Assembly (NCBI GenBank): GCA_024704765.1
Contig: JAKMXF010000305.1
Coordinates: 224,682-288,681, forward strand
From: Oopsacas minuta
Taxonomy: Eukaryota; Animalia; Porifera
Reading direction: 5' to 3'
Length of the DNA stretch: 64,000 bases
Shown: in pieces, positions 1 through 12,085 of the stretch
Layout of the letters: each line of letters opens with the position of its first letter
Numbering within the stretch: position 1 is the stretch's first letter
Program-made: the position numbers and the translations under genes
Notes under the pieces: model-generated
What the model was told of the DNA's origin: nothing
What the model saw: the letters and a program-made list of their open reading frames with translations, nothing else
Databases searched by the model: none

Positions 1-3000
1 TCCTTTCTTAGATCTAATGATATCAGGGTGAAGATTTCAGGAATCGTATAGGAACATACATCTCAATTCTTGCGTTCTGTTGCCTGAGAACAAATACTGA
101 CAGAGAACTGGCGAACGCCAGGCGTGGAGTATACGCATTCCGAATTCAAGGGGTTATTCATCATTAAATTGGAAAATAGATCGAAAATCGTGACGAGATA
201 CCTGCTTTTGCACAAATCTATATTCACTACAGTGCCGAAAAAGCTGAATTTGAAAATCACCAGAGACATCTAGGAGAGGTAAAATTCCTGAGCAAAAGCT
301 CTTGCAGCGAATGCTCCATGAAGTTAGCCACTATGTTTCTTACTTCAAATATGGAGTTGATCTGATGCGAGAACAGGGGAAATTGATATTAGGATGGTTA
401 TCAGAACTGATGGTAGTCCAGATCCCTGCCGATAAAACCTTCTCACTGTCAGGAAATTGCAGTACCGCTTTCCAGATCTGGATAATCCGAAGCTGTAGGG
501 AACATAGATATAGTGTCACATCCATATGATGGTGGATAGACGTACTGCACTTATATTAGCTGTTGATTGTTAGCCGCGTGATCAATCTGAAAATGATAAA
601 ATTGTGTGCAGTGAAATTCCCGATAAGATCCTCGATTCGGCCAAGACAACTGTATAAGATAGTAAATGTTCAACGATGCATGGTCCATGTGATATTGTTA
701 AGAAAGTGTCTCTTGCATGTGAGATGGTTCATGTTGTTCCATATAATTTCCTAAGATATATTCTAATACAACTACATGCAACACAAATGGTTACCCATTA
801 TATAGGCGTAGAGACGATTCACGTAAAGCAGAAGGACGAGGCTTAACTTTAACAATAGTCGGGTAAAACTTTATAACCCGTCTTCCAGTTTGTTTAAATA
901 TAGTTCTCATATTAATGTGGAAATTTGTACTACCATGATAGAGTAACTATTTGTTTGCAAACTTGTGAGCATGCTGGGACTGATCATGCCAAAAATTTAG
1001 ACGAAGTGTTTAATTATCTTGAGGCGCGATATGTTTTTGTGTATGAGGCTAGCTATAGGATATTCTCTTATGAACGTCATTCCAACTTCCCGTATGTGAT
1101 GAGGTTAGCGCTGCATCTTGAGAACCAACAATCTGTTGTCTTTGGAGAACATTTTGGCAAACAACAAATCTTGACAGTTGAAAAACACATTACTTTGATT
1201 AGATGGTTTGTTGCTAACCGAAATTTCCATGTGCTAGGTCACTATCTTTTGCGAATTTCCTGAATTCTTTGTTTTGGATACAACATCGAGAATGGAAGGA
1301 ACAATTGAGAGGACATGGCACCATGATTGATCGAGTGTACTCTGTTCATCTTGGTGAGGAAGAAAGGTTCTATTGAGGATGCTCCTAAACCACGTCACTA
1401 GCTGTACCAGGTGCTAGGATATTTGTACACTTCCCGAAGGTATTATTTATCATTCATTGAAGGGGCTGCATGTAAACTGGACTTCTAGAAGACAATAACG
1501 AGTATGATCTATGGTTATCACTGGAGCTTCATAGAATATTCCTTCCAAGTTGCGTAATCTATTTGTTCCTATCTTGCTCTATAACGATCCTTGTAATCCT
1601 GCGGTTCTTTGGGAAATAAAAGCATTCGTTCTCTAATGATTTCCCCCATCGTGCTAGAATATCTGTTCCCGTTAGTGATGCTGATGAACACATTCTTAAT
1701 GCTGCATTAATGTACAATTCTAAGCGTTTACAATCCCATTGAAAGTCTTTAGCAGATTATCTAGGAATGCCAACACCCAGGTATACCAAGGCTCATACGA
1801 AGAGGTTCTTGTTATCCAACAAGAATTAGATCATGAGGCTTTCAATAGTTGACCATAATGTTCCTTCTTATAATCGTGAACAACATGATGTATTCACTAC
1901 CATTTTGTCAGAGATAAATGACCTAATGCCACATCCATAAGTGTTCTATATTAATGGTACAGGGGGACAGGAAGACATTCTTTTATAATTCACTCTTGGC
2001 TAAGGTCCATTTCCAATGTAAAACGCTTTGGGTTTAGCTACCAGTGGATTCGCAGCACTGCTTCTGCCAGGCGGCCCCATTGCCCACTATAGGTTGAAAG
2101 TTGCCATTGACATCAATTAATTATCACTCTGTAAGATCACCAAACAAAGTTCTTTGGCAGTTGATTAAGCGTACAAATCTTTCGGGAGTGGATGAAGCGT
2201 ATATAGCACATAAACACGTAGCAAAAAGTGTAGATCGCAGTTTCCGGGATATTTGTTCTTCTGATATACCATTCAGTGGCAAAGTTATATTTGAAGGAGA
2301 CATCCGTCAGATACCTGCAGTAATTAAGCATGGGTCTAAAGCCGAAGTCGTCTCTTCCTGTCTAAAACGTTCTTATTTATGGCGTTATGCTACATAATGA
2401 ATTTACCTTCAATGTGTATCTCAATGTTTGTAATCTCATGATGCCTCGAGGTAAATGAATTTGTAAGTTTTTATTAAGAGTAGGAGAAGGTATTGAACCT
2501 GAGGATAGTAATCAAATGATCCACATTGACGTCAAATAAACAATACCCGGTGATTCTATTGCAAATTGGCATTTACAGTGTCTGGTGATATACATGATAA
2601 TTATAAAGATATAAGAAAAAATATTATGTGGCCTAGAAACGAGACTGTTAATCTAATACATGACCATATAATCCATCTACTTCCTAATGAAGGTATAACA
2701 TTATTGAGCGCAGTTTCTGTTGAAGGTGATGCTCTCGTCAATTTTCCAACTGAGTTCTTAATTCCAACACTCCAAACGGTATGCCTATTCTTCAACTATT
2801 TTTAAAAGGTTTGCTACTGGTATTATTTTGAGGAACTTAGATCCGGACCAAGGTCGCTGAAATGGAATTAGATTGATTATTAGAGACTTTCCAATCGTGT
2901 TATCGACAAGGAGATCGCAATAAGTGCACACAATCATAAACTAATGTTCATACTCGAAATTATCTTGACATCTTCAGAGTCTGAGCTTCCTTTTGTACTA

Positions 3001-3240
3001 AGGAGGCACTTCCCAATTCGTCTTGCTTATTGCATTACTAAGAGAAGGGCAAGGGCCGAGTTTATGAACGGTAGGTTTTATCTTCCATCCCTTGAATCCA
3101 TCTTTTGCCATCGTTCCCTTTATGTTGCAATAAGTCGAGTTAATAATCCATAGGGACTAAAAGTTATGGCATGTGGAACTGGTGATTCCAAGTCAACCCA
3201 GATTTTCATCAAAACGTGGTTTATAAGGAAATATTCGATC
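1..3240 (+). mobile_element. Helitron Rep/PIF1-helicase gene, degraded (many stops and frameshifts), 5' end outside window
   Basis: Successive motifs in shifting frames: YAFRIQG..IHH/FAQIYI, GYPLYRRR, HINVEIC, DEVFNYLEARYV..EASYRIF, Walker A-like NGTGG.GKT (about 1950-1980), WDEA..HKH..VDRSFRDI, PFSGKVIFEGDIRQI, FPTEFL, RNLDP..G..NG.RL, FPIRLAY, LYVAISRV, C-terminal NVVYKEIF. Confidence 0.92.
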
Positions 3241-3819
3241 CTCATTCTCATATAGAAACAATGGAAGATATTGATGAAATCTGTTCTTTGTTGGACGATA
3301 AATTCTCAATTTCCCAACTGACAATAACAACAAATTTGGTTGATATAATTACTCTTGCTCAAAGAGAATCTGTACTATCCGATCCTGATGGAAAATGAAA
3401 AGTGTTAAACTTCATGAAATTAAAGATGTTTCCTTGATTACATTTGAAGTCGTTCTACCAAATAAAAACACAGAAATATATCCCAGCTATTAGGTATCAC
3501 TATAACGACAGTCGATCAACTTTGGTGTAACATATCACCATATTCTGTCATCCCAGATGGCAACTATTTATTCCGCACCCTATCCAACAAATTTCTCGGA
3601 AATGAAGAATTTATTAACTTATTAAATGGGAACTAATCGAAATCACCATTGTAATGTAAAGCGATAATTGGTAGTCAAAGTGAACAGGATTTTTGGGAGC
3701 TTATTAGTACAATTTCCAAAAGTAATGAATGGGTTACTTCCGTTGGATTCTCCATGCTAGGAGCTATCGCAGGAATTGAAATTGTTGCCGTGAATTGTAC
3801 TAATGGAATCTTAGTATTA

Positions 3820-4225
3820 CCGGAAATGATTGAAGAAACTGGAATACCCAAGGGGTAAGGTTTGAATACAGGGGTATTTTGGACCTGGCTCGGACAAATT
3901 CGCGTTTGGACGAAAATCATCACTGTAAAAAAATTAAAATTCTCTAAATTTCGATATTTTTGAAAATTTGATATTATTCCAAGACACCAAGCGCCCAAAT
4001 TACTACCCTAGAGTCACGTAAAAGCAGCCGTATCCCAAAGAATTCAATTAAATGGAATTTAGATAGATCATGGACAATAAAAATGAAAATTTGTACATCA
4101 AATTTACACGAGGAACATAGTGGTGAGTAAGTCCCGCCACGTACGACCAAAAGAATCATGAAGTGGATGTTCAATACATAAGCTAAAATGAAGCCCTAAG
4201 CTGTCTAGCAAGCGAAGCGCACTAG
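3820..4225 (+). mobile_element. Helitron 3' terminal region or diverged non-autonomous Helitron copy
   Basis: Ends ctagcaagcgaagcgcaCTAG followed by T (4222-4226); ttgaagaaactgg...ggcctg.ctcgg segment shared with copies at 5378, 43030 and 52625. Confidence 0.55.
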
Positions 4226-4558
4226 TTGACTTAAATTCCAAATAAGCAGTCGGATTTCACTGAAGAACAAAATATTTGTTAAATGCGCTAGTCATTAATG
4301 AATTAGATAAATATCCAAACTGTCACATATATAGACTAACATGTCACTCTCAAAACACAAAAATTCATATATGGGCCTAGTTAAATTTGCAATGCTGTGC
4401 ACTCCCATTTGCCTGAACACCTCGGGGATTTTGCCAAGGTGTCCCAGTAAGAGGGAGTATCCCGCCTCTCCGTATAACACATGACTATTGCAAAGCCTAA
4501 ACTAACAATCATAGTAGTAACAAGTCCAAGCTGCGTAATAAGCCTACTCAAATAAATA

Positions 4559-4700
4559 CAATGGAAGCCACTTAATCGGGACTCGGATAATCGGGGAATC
4601 CGCCTAAACAGGACAATGGTATGGAAACAGATTTTACAGAGAAAAATCGTCGGATAATTGGGACAACGAATGGATTAATCGGGATATCTTAAACCGAATA
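4559..4700 (+). mobile_element. pogo/Tigger-type MITE end fragment
   Basis: TA then caatggaagccacttaatcgggactcggataatcgggg with repeated taatcggg motifs typical of pogo-derived MITE termini. Confidence 0.4.
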
Positions 4701-4749
4701 TTCGAAGTTCGTCATCGGTTTAACGTCAGCAGAGTGTACTTGGGTTCCG

Positions 4750-5375
4750 ACTTATGGGTCATGAGAGAGAAACACAAAAAGTGAGATCAATACATACCAA
4801 ATATCTGGGAGAATTTGGCATCACGGTATGCGAGATTCGTCCCGGTATGAGGGAAGCATTTGCGTGGGATGAAACAAATTTCCAGAAAGGTGTCTCGGTA
4901 AGTGGGTGTGAGTGTACGCAAATTCAACGCTACAAAGAAGTCTTATGGAAATTGTAATTATATCGAGACTCATTTCTGTATAGCTATAGACGACATGGAT
5001 TTCGTAAATATGACTTAATCTCCAAGAATGGAATGGCTTCCTTCCAGCCCAGATCACAACTCGATGGACTTCTCGTTGTGGGCGATATTGGAGACAAATG
5101 CGTGATCTACTTCCCACAAGAGTATCAAGTCTCTAAGAACATCACTATCCGGAGAATGGGGTAAAGTCCCGCAGGAAAGGTTGCGAGCCGCTGTCGAGTC
5201 CGTTACTAAGTGTGGTAAAGAGCTGTCATCCAAAAAGGGGGGCTAAATCGAACAATTGAAGTTATTATGAATCTATATTTAGTTGGGTAGTTATGAAATA
5301 ATTTCAAATCAATATCTTAGTTCATGGTTTAGTTAAGATAAATAATCAATTGGATCGAACATATTTGTCATCCTG
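4750..5375 (+). mobile_element. Tc1/mariner relic, maT/Bmmar1-like C-terminal half
   Basis: WLPSSPDHNSMDFSLWAILE...HKSIKSLRTSLSGEWGKVPQERLRAAVES; terminus tgtcatcctg followed by TA at 5376-5377. Confidence 0.7.
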
Positions 5376-5377
5376 TA

Positions 5378-5753
5378 TATGTTTGTATGTCCAGAATTAA
5401 TTGAAGAAACTGGAAAACCTCCAAGGTCTGATTTTGACAAAAAACGTATTTTCGGCCTGACTCGGGCGAATATTCACACCTATGACAAAATTCTGATGTC
5501 ATTGTTGCCTAAATGGAACAATCACATTATTAACCACTGCTCATGAAATATATATGACAGAACTTTGAAATCAAATCAGAAGTAACCCTCAATGCACAAA
5601 TGTCCTGATGTAATCACTTTGACTAAATGCTAACTCATCGTGAGGTTATCATGTCATCATGACTGTACAAAAAAATGGAAATTGTCCAAATTGCGAACAA
5701 TTCCTGAATTTCCTAATACACGTCGCACCAACCTAGCAAGCTAAGCGGGCTAG
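5378..5753 (+). mobile_element. Non-autonomous Helitron family copy
   Basis: Colinear similarity to the reverse complement of 52625-53108; ends ctagcaagctaagcgggCTAG followed by T. Confidence 0.7.
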
Positions 5754-7639
5754 TTAAGTTTTGATGCAAAATTTCTACCATATAAAATTTCACCCATAAA
5801 TACAGAACAGGGAAGAAATGGTGTGTCATTATAGGGATTGCTTGAATAAAAAGCGTTGCGCAAGGTGCATATCTATATACCCGTTCGAAACTTCAATAAA
5901 TGTTTCAAGTTAATATGTTGTAAACTCAACTGAAGACAATGGCTACATCTACCCGGAACATGCGAATTTTAGTAGTGAGCATTCCTATACTATCCAAATT
6001 AGCATAGCCCGCTTGCAAGGTCGATGAGCGACAACTTAGTGCATCAGGTAGCTTAAGAAATATGAAACTAAATTTCTCGTGATATTGGTCGCTATGCGAC
6101 AGAATATAATGGAACTAAGCCCTCAATTTCACAAACAAGCAAAATTGAAAGTATTTTGAAACAATACAAACAATTTTGTAAGAGTCAAAATTTGTATCAA
6201 TGAAATCTATAGTTGCCATATTAGGTCATCAGGAAGAAGAAAAAAATCAAATTTCCCGACCGTCGATATTTTGAGAAATTCATAATACTCGAATTACAAA
6301 GGGCCAAGCTTACTGACAGCAAAGTTGCAGCTCCAGGTTCACCGCAGCAGGCCCTTAAATCCATTTTGGATTTAGAATGGGATAGTAGAAAATTTAAACC
6401 TCAGCAAAACTACATATTTGGTCCAATAATGATGAAAAATGTAGTTCGATCATATCTAGAAATCTGAAAACTTGGAATTGAGTAGTTTAGGGAGTTCATG
6501 TCGGTGAATAACAAACATTAACTTGTACAGTTTAGGAGAAATAGCCAAATAGTTGATGTCGGCGCTGGCATGATACTTATCATCGATTGAAGCGATTTTG
6601 ATAAATATCTTCTAAACAGTACAAGATTAGTTATCAAAGTGTTTTATTGACCAACATCAATCCACACAGACTATATAATTCCAATTTCTCAGATCTCTGG
6701 CAATGATCTAACTTCAATTTAACCAAATTGGGTAGAAAATCGAACAAAACGCACCACAATCCACCACAATATCATAATACTATTGTGGTACCACTAAATC
6801 ATTTTGGATTCCATTCAAATTTGATTTGGTGAATCAATTGCAAATAGGGAACATAAAAAGTTGCTAGCAAGTAAAGTTTTCAAATAAAGGGGTAACTGAG
6901 GCACCCTAATACATACATACATATTCATTGTGGTCTTATGATAGATAGATAGATATATGTATATATAGAAAGCACAATAAAATAGCAATAAATTAGGCGA
7001 CCATTCCGAAAATGCTAAGGACAAATAGGTTGGTAAATTCATGGTTAGGGTGTGGGTCACCTGAACGAAACATTAATCCTGATATACGATTAAATAACTT
7101 ATTAACTGATAGAGTTAGCAATATAAACTATAGTATTCATGAATAGGAACCCACCTATTGAGGATAGTTTGAAATGTAGAGATCTATCATTAATACTTGT
7201 CAGAAATGGCTAGATTCTATTAAATCGATTAGCATAGCAACGGAAGAATGTGTCAAAAATTCGTTAACATTTCAGTTTATATCGAAAGTACTTCATGTTA
7301 CTACAATTCCATGTAAGGATAGGAAATTCATCCTTTGTAAAACATCTATGAATACATGTTGGAAATAAAGACAAAGTTATACAACTCTTGTTTTCCCCAT
7401 AGGCAGAGTTGTGACGAGAGACAAAAATTAAGGACCAGACCCGTCTTCCATTGAAAAATATCACGTCCACCAAATTAGGAAGCTGCAAAAATTGCATGAA
7501 ACAACGGCAATCTGATGTTCGTAGTATTACATAATATAATATTACCAATGCTTACACATAATGTATACTACACATCACAATAGTACATTCTGAACTGAAC
7601 CGATATTGTTATTCTTTGGCTATATGACAGTGGACCTCG

Positions 7640-8032
7640 TTAGATCTCGAGAATTTGCAGGTACACCAATTTGGACACATTATAAGCGATCATCTGTGGA
7701 AATCTGGCAGAAATGCAAGATTTGTAAGACAAATCTAAAGTGTCATGAAGGGTCAACCAAAGGTTTTCATAATTATTCTCATACATTTTGCATTAAATTC
7801 AGTGTTGAAGAACGTGAATATATCCTCAATAATCGCCGTACAACTGAAAGCAAGCAAATGACTTGTAACTATTACAAAGAATAATCCATCAATCATTGTA
7901 TTAGTATAAGCTATGTACTTATATAGAAGTAAAATTTTAATGTATCAATTAAGCATGCTCAATCCTGGATTGAACAATATCTCAATCCAGAAATCCCCGG
8001 AATGGGAAAATGCCTCAGGATTGGGATCCCTA
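7640..8032 (+). mobile_element. Internally deleted hAT fragment retaining a BED zinc finger
   Basis: PIWTHYKR...KCKICKTNLKCHEGSTKGFH in ORF 7606-7884; hAT-like end ggattgggatcccta. Confidence 0.6.
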
Positions 8033-8097
8033 GACCTGATATAGCAGAAAGGGACGATAATATTCCGAATAATAAAGTCTACCAGTGTATTGCTCAC

Positions 8098-8218
8098 CTT
8101 ATATACATCTCATCACGACCCATTTCTTTATAGTAATTCAATAGATTGAACATGGCTTTCATTTTTATATCTGGTGCATCAAATTGGCGTTCTACTGTTT
8201 TAAAGTCCATTAATCGAA
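8098..8218 (-). CDS. DOCK: DOCK-family GEF exon (start of DHR2 region)
   Basis: VRLMDFKTV...MKAMFNLLNYYKEMGRDEMYIR matches DOCK1 ...RLLDYRTI...VNVLNFYKEIEREEMYIR; acceptor ttcccattctctag, donor gtgagc; phase 1 to 2, joins exon 26547-26737 in frame. Confidence 0.9.
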
Positions 8219-11200
8219 CTAGAGAATGGGAAAATATAAAATACATGGTAAGGTCATGAAAATATAGTCCTTGTTTCTCATACCACTTTCTACAGTATTT
8301 GGACGCGAAAGGCATAATATTTGTATTTTCTACTAAATTATGTAGTAGACTTATAGATTTATAGCAGCCATAATATACATTATAAAAGAATAATGCTCAA
8401 TTTTGTGTAGAAATAGAGTGTCATCATAGCAAGGACTGTCAATATAATTACAATACACAAGGTAACAGAATCTTCCTGGATTCTTATCTGAGATTACAAT
8501 TCAATGAAATGCATAAAATGTGTCAGAACGGGGATGAGAAACCAGTTATTAAATATTAGGCCTAAATTCTGTATAATACATTGAGATAAGTAGCTAAAAG
8601 GGTCGTAATAGTATCGATCCCCATTAGTCACGATTGAATGACCAAAATCAAAATATTTTAACGAAATATTCCAGTAGGTTATGAGAGAACCTCTGCAGCA
8701 TCATATACAACGGCAAAGAAATAAAAATAGAGGCATCGGGATCCACTGTTTTATCCAGACAATACTTGTAAATGCATAAATAGCATTCTTTTGAGAAAAG
8801 AAAACCGAATTTACGACATTATTTTAGAAAAAACGTAACATAGCGTTATGTGATTACGCAATCAATATGTTTATATATATCCCATCAGTAGAATTTCCGA
8901 ATCCATTGAAATTGAAGAAATGTTATAGTAAATCCTATTTAAGTATCAGAATTACTCTCATATATAGCACAATTAATAATGCAAATACTAAAGCACCAGG
9001 ATTTTATATAGAAAAGCCTCGCATGTGACAAGACACAAATACTATTGTTGACAAGTTAGGTGGAGTATCATGAGTGATGCATAGTGTGGAGAAAATAGTA
9101 GCCGTGAGGAAACAAGGCTCTATATGTCTCATGCAATAAATACTGTAGGTCGAAAGCAGGACTGATTGTCCCCAAATGTACGGAAGAGAAACAACCGGAG
9201 AGGTTAACTACTATCAACAACTACAATAATATTAATGGAATTAGTTCATGTAGTACAGAAATCACCTATTGCCTACTATACATTAGGCCTCATAACTAAT
9301 CATGGATATTGAACCAAGGATGCTAGTGTGGCCCGAACTTAAATAGAATTCATGGATAAATAACTCATTCTAGCCAATATATTCATATTCAATGCATTTC
9401 CATAACACGTATAATACGAATATCCGGTTAAAAGATGAACAAAAGTTTGGCAAATAAGTTCCTACAATAGTTATTCAATTAATAGTCCGATATAACTGAC
9501 AATGGAATTTTGACATGCAAATAACAAGTAAGTTTGGATTCAAAGGCTTTGTACAAATACAAAATGTGTGAAAAAATACAAACAACATTCAACAATAAAG
9601 AGACTTGATTTTCAGGAATTTTAATAGCAGTGGTCAGCTTATGACCCGCACATCCCCTAAGCTGTAAATCTTCAAATCGCATCGAATCAAATTAGAATCA
9701 CCAGATTCGTAATCAACATCAAATGTCCAGGAATATAATGGGCCACTTGATCATACTTAGAGAAAGTTTTCCACAGCAATGCAGGAATGTACAGGAATGT
9801 GGCAACAATACAACCTCAATTTTGTCCTTAACCCGATCGATTGACACCTCGTTCGAAGTGGCCAGGGGATATGAGTATAGTTAAACAAAAACTTATATGA
9901 CTTAAAAAATCATTAAACAAGATTTTTGGGATTTTGGCAAAGCGGTCTAATATTTTCATCCAGTTCTTCACGTATTCTTTATAGATTCATTACATCCTCT
10001 GTTTTTGACAGATCTTTCACCATATAATAAATAGTCAAGATGTAAATCATGGTATTTAGCCAACAATTAAATGGTCACAAAATTTTGTTACTCTAAATTG
10101 TCCAGAAGTAGATATTATGGCTGAATACAGAAATATATCTCGTTCAGATGAAGAAATATCCACTGTTTAATCAGTGGGAACTCTGTTCATTGCGGCCAGA
10201 GACACTCATGTACCAGTTGCTAAAATTGATTCGATTCGATTTTAAGAGTTTACTACTTGGGCATGTGCCGACGATTAGCTGACCGAATCAAAATATAATG
10301 CCAGAAAATCCATGTTACCTATTGTTGAATTAAGGAAATATTTTTACATGCATTAGTCATGTATGTGAAGCATTTGAAACCATAACTTGGTTGCCAACGA
10401 AATGCTAAAGTTCACCTTTATCATGTCGAATTCTAATGGGATATGGTATTTCTCAGGTTAATAAGACTCCTGATAATGCGAAAGAATAGAAGCATAAACT
10501 GGGATGAATTGTAGATATATCTAAGAATGTGAAGCATAAACTTTGTAAGTTAAAAATTGTGTTTAAAAGTTATAAAGTAATACTAGTTCAACCCCTGGGA
10601 CATGGGACCTTACAGTCTCTCCCATATTCCCTCAAAGTCGCCATAACTATCCAATTAATTACACGAGTATATTAAAGATAATAATTGTGAATTTTTGATT
10701 TGGCAATAAGTATATCCTAAATGAACAAATAAGGCATTCTGGATATATTGCCAAATCTGATTACCATTATGTCGGCCACAATTGACTACTAAGCGACACA
10801 TTACGATAGAGTTAAAATTCAGCCAACAGCCACAATATTAATTTAACCCTGATTGTATATATATATATTCGTGATCAGTGTAAAAACCTTACTTCAGCAC
10901 CTTCTGCCTATAGCAACGCAATATTTCAGGAATCTGACAACATTCCATTATCAAAAGTTATACTATCCCTATCGAATGATCACTTGCCCGAAGTCGCTAT
11001 GCTTTCAGAGTCCAGTTATAGCCGTATCGACACACTAAAGCACGTGTAAAATGATTCCCAATAGATCGAACACCACAATATCTCAAATTTCTTGAAATTC
11101 TTGCATAAATCATTTGAATACAACGATGTTGTCTTCTGTTCTGGAATAATACGTAGATATGAATTGGTGCATCACAATTGGCGTACATTCGAATCGTAAA

Positions 11201-11928
11201 TGGCTAGTAATACACAGTAGCTTAGTAGTAAAGAATTAAGAAATTTTTCATAGTAATGCTTTCATTCTTTTATGGTTTCATTGTGTTTCTAAATCTTCAA
11301 GTAACATCCAATCCAATTTTCGAATCATTTGGGAGCCAATTAGTTATGTAAATTTGAATCGGAACTTTATGGTTTTTTTATGCTGAAATTATCGTTTCGG
11401 AGAATTCAAAATATAAAAGATTTTCACATCGGTACTGATTCTTTATAAAATATATTAGCGTTATATTGTTTCATCTATTCTAGACAATTCTGCATGTTGA
11501 TTTCAAATTTTGTATCAGATATATTCTAAACTGTGTACTTTTCATGTGAAGGATTGTTGTACTCAGGGCAAAATGTGAATCCCATTTTTCATGTGGATAA
11601 AATTTTGAAAGTGTCTGAAAAGAAAAGGCGAAGGAACGTCAAAGCGAAAATAATATCAATTGTTTACAATTTATACTATGTTATATGAAGACGATAGGCC
11701 CCAAAACGGTGCCCAACTTTGATTTTATGGTCACATTCCATTGTCTGTAATCTTTGCTATGGAAATTCCTAAAGTCATATCTGTAACTATGTAATTGAAT
11801 ACCCGTCTAATCCTAATTTTTCTTGGAAATTATTGCACAAAATTAAACATATATACGTGTATATATACGTGTACTTATGTTTTCAATCATACACCTCTAT
11901 TTTCTCGTAGATAATTTATCCGTGATCA

Positions 11929-12085
11929 ATGGCTGAACCAATTGCTCCGATGACTTCCCCCGAATCCCGTCTCGATTTAGCGAGAATCCTGAAAGCAAAT
12001 GGCAATTGCGCCCAAACTCTCTGTTATCTTAGCGATCTCCATGAATTAAACCATGCCAAGTAGGCTAAACTTGAATTGATTCTAC
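11929..12085 (+). pseudogene. N-terminal part of RAG1-like/Transib transposase relic (before P-element insertion)
   Basis: ATG 11929 preceded by a splice-acceptor-like ttttctcgtag; after removing 12086-15470 the frame runs directly into the RAG1-like frame at 15471. Confidence 0.6.

Noticed and set aside
4295-4495. YGEAGYSLLL resembling DOCK NYTEAAYTLLL as the next exon
   Set aside because: The phase-2 acceptor would delete YLYK and four more conserved residues, downstream residues do not match, and there is no good donor. Kept only as a remote possibility for RNA-seq to test.
6303-6760. Coding-looking plus-strand frame (AKLTDSKVAAPGSPQQALK...)
   Set aside because: Only 54 open codons before stops and no recognisable family motif.
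9479-9682. ORF containing YLYK, as in DOCK YLYKL
   Set aside because: Lies upstream of the MYIR exon in transcript order and has no other similarity.
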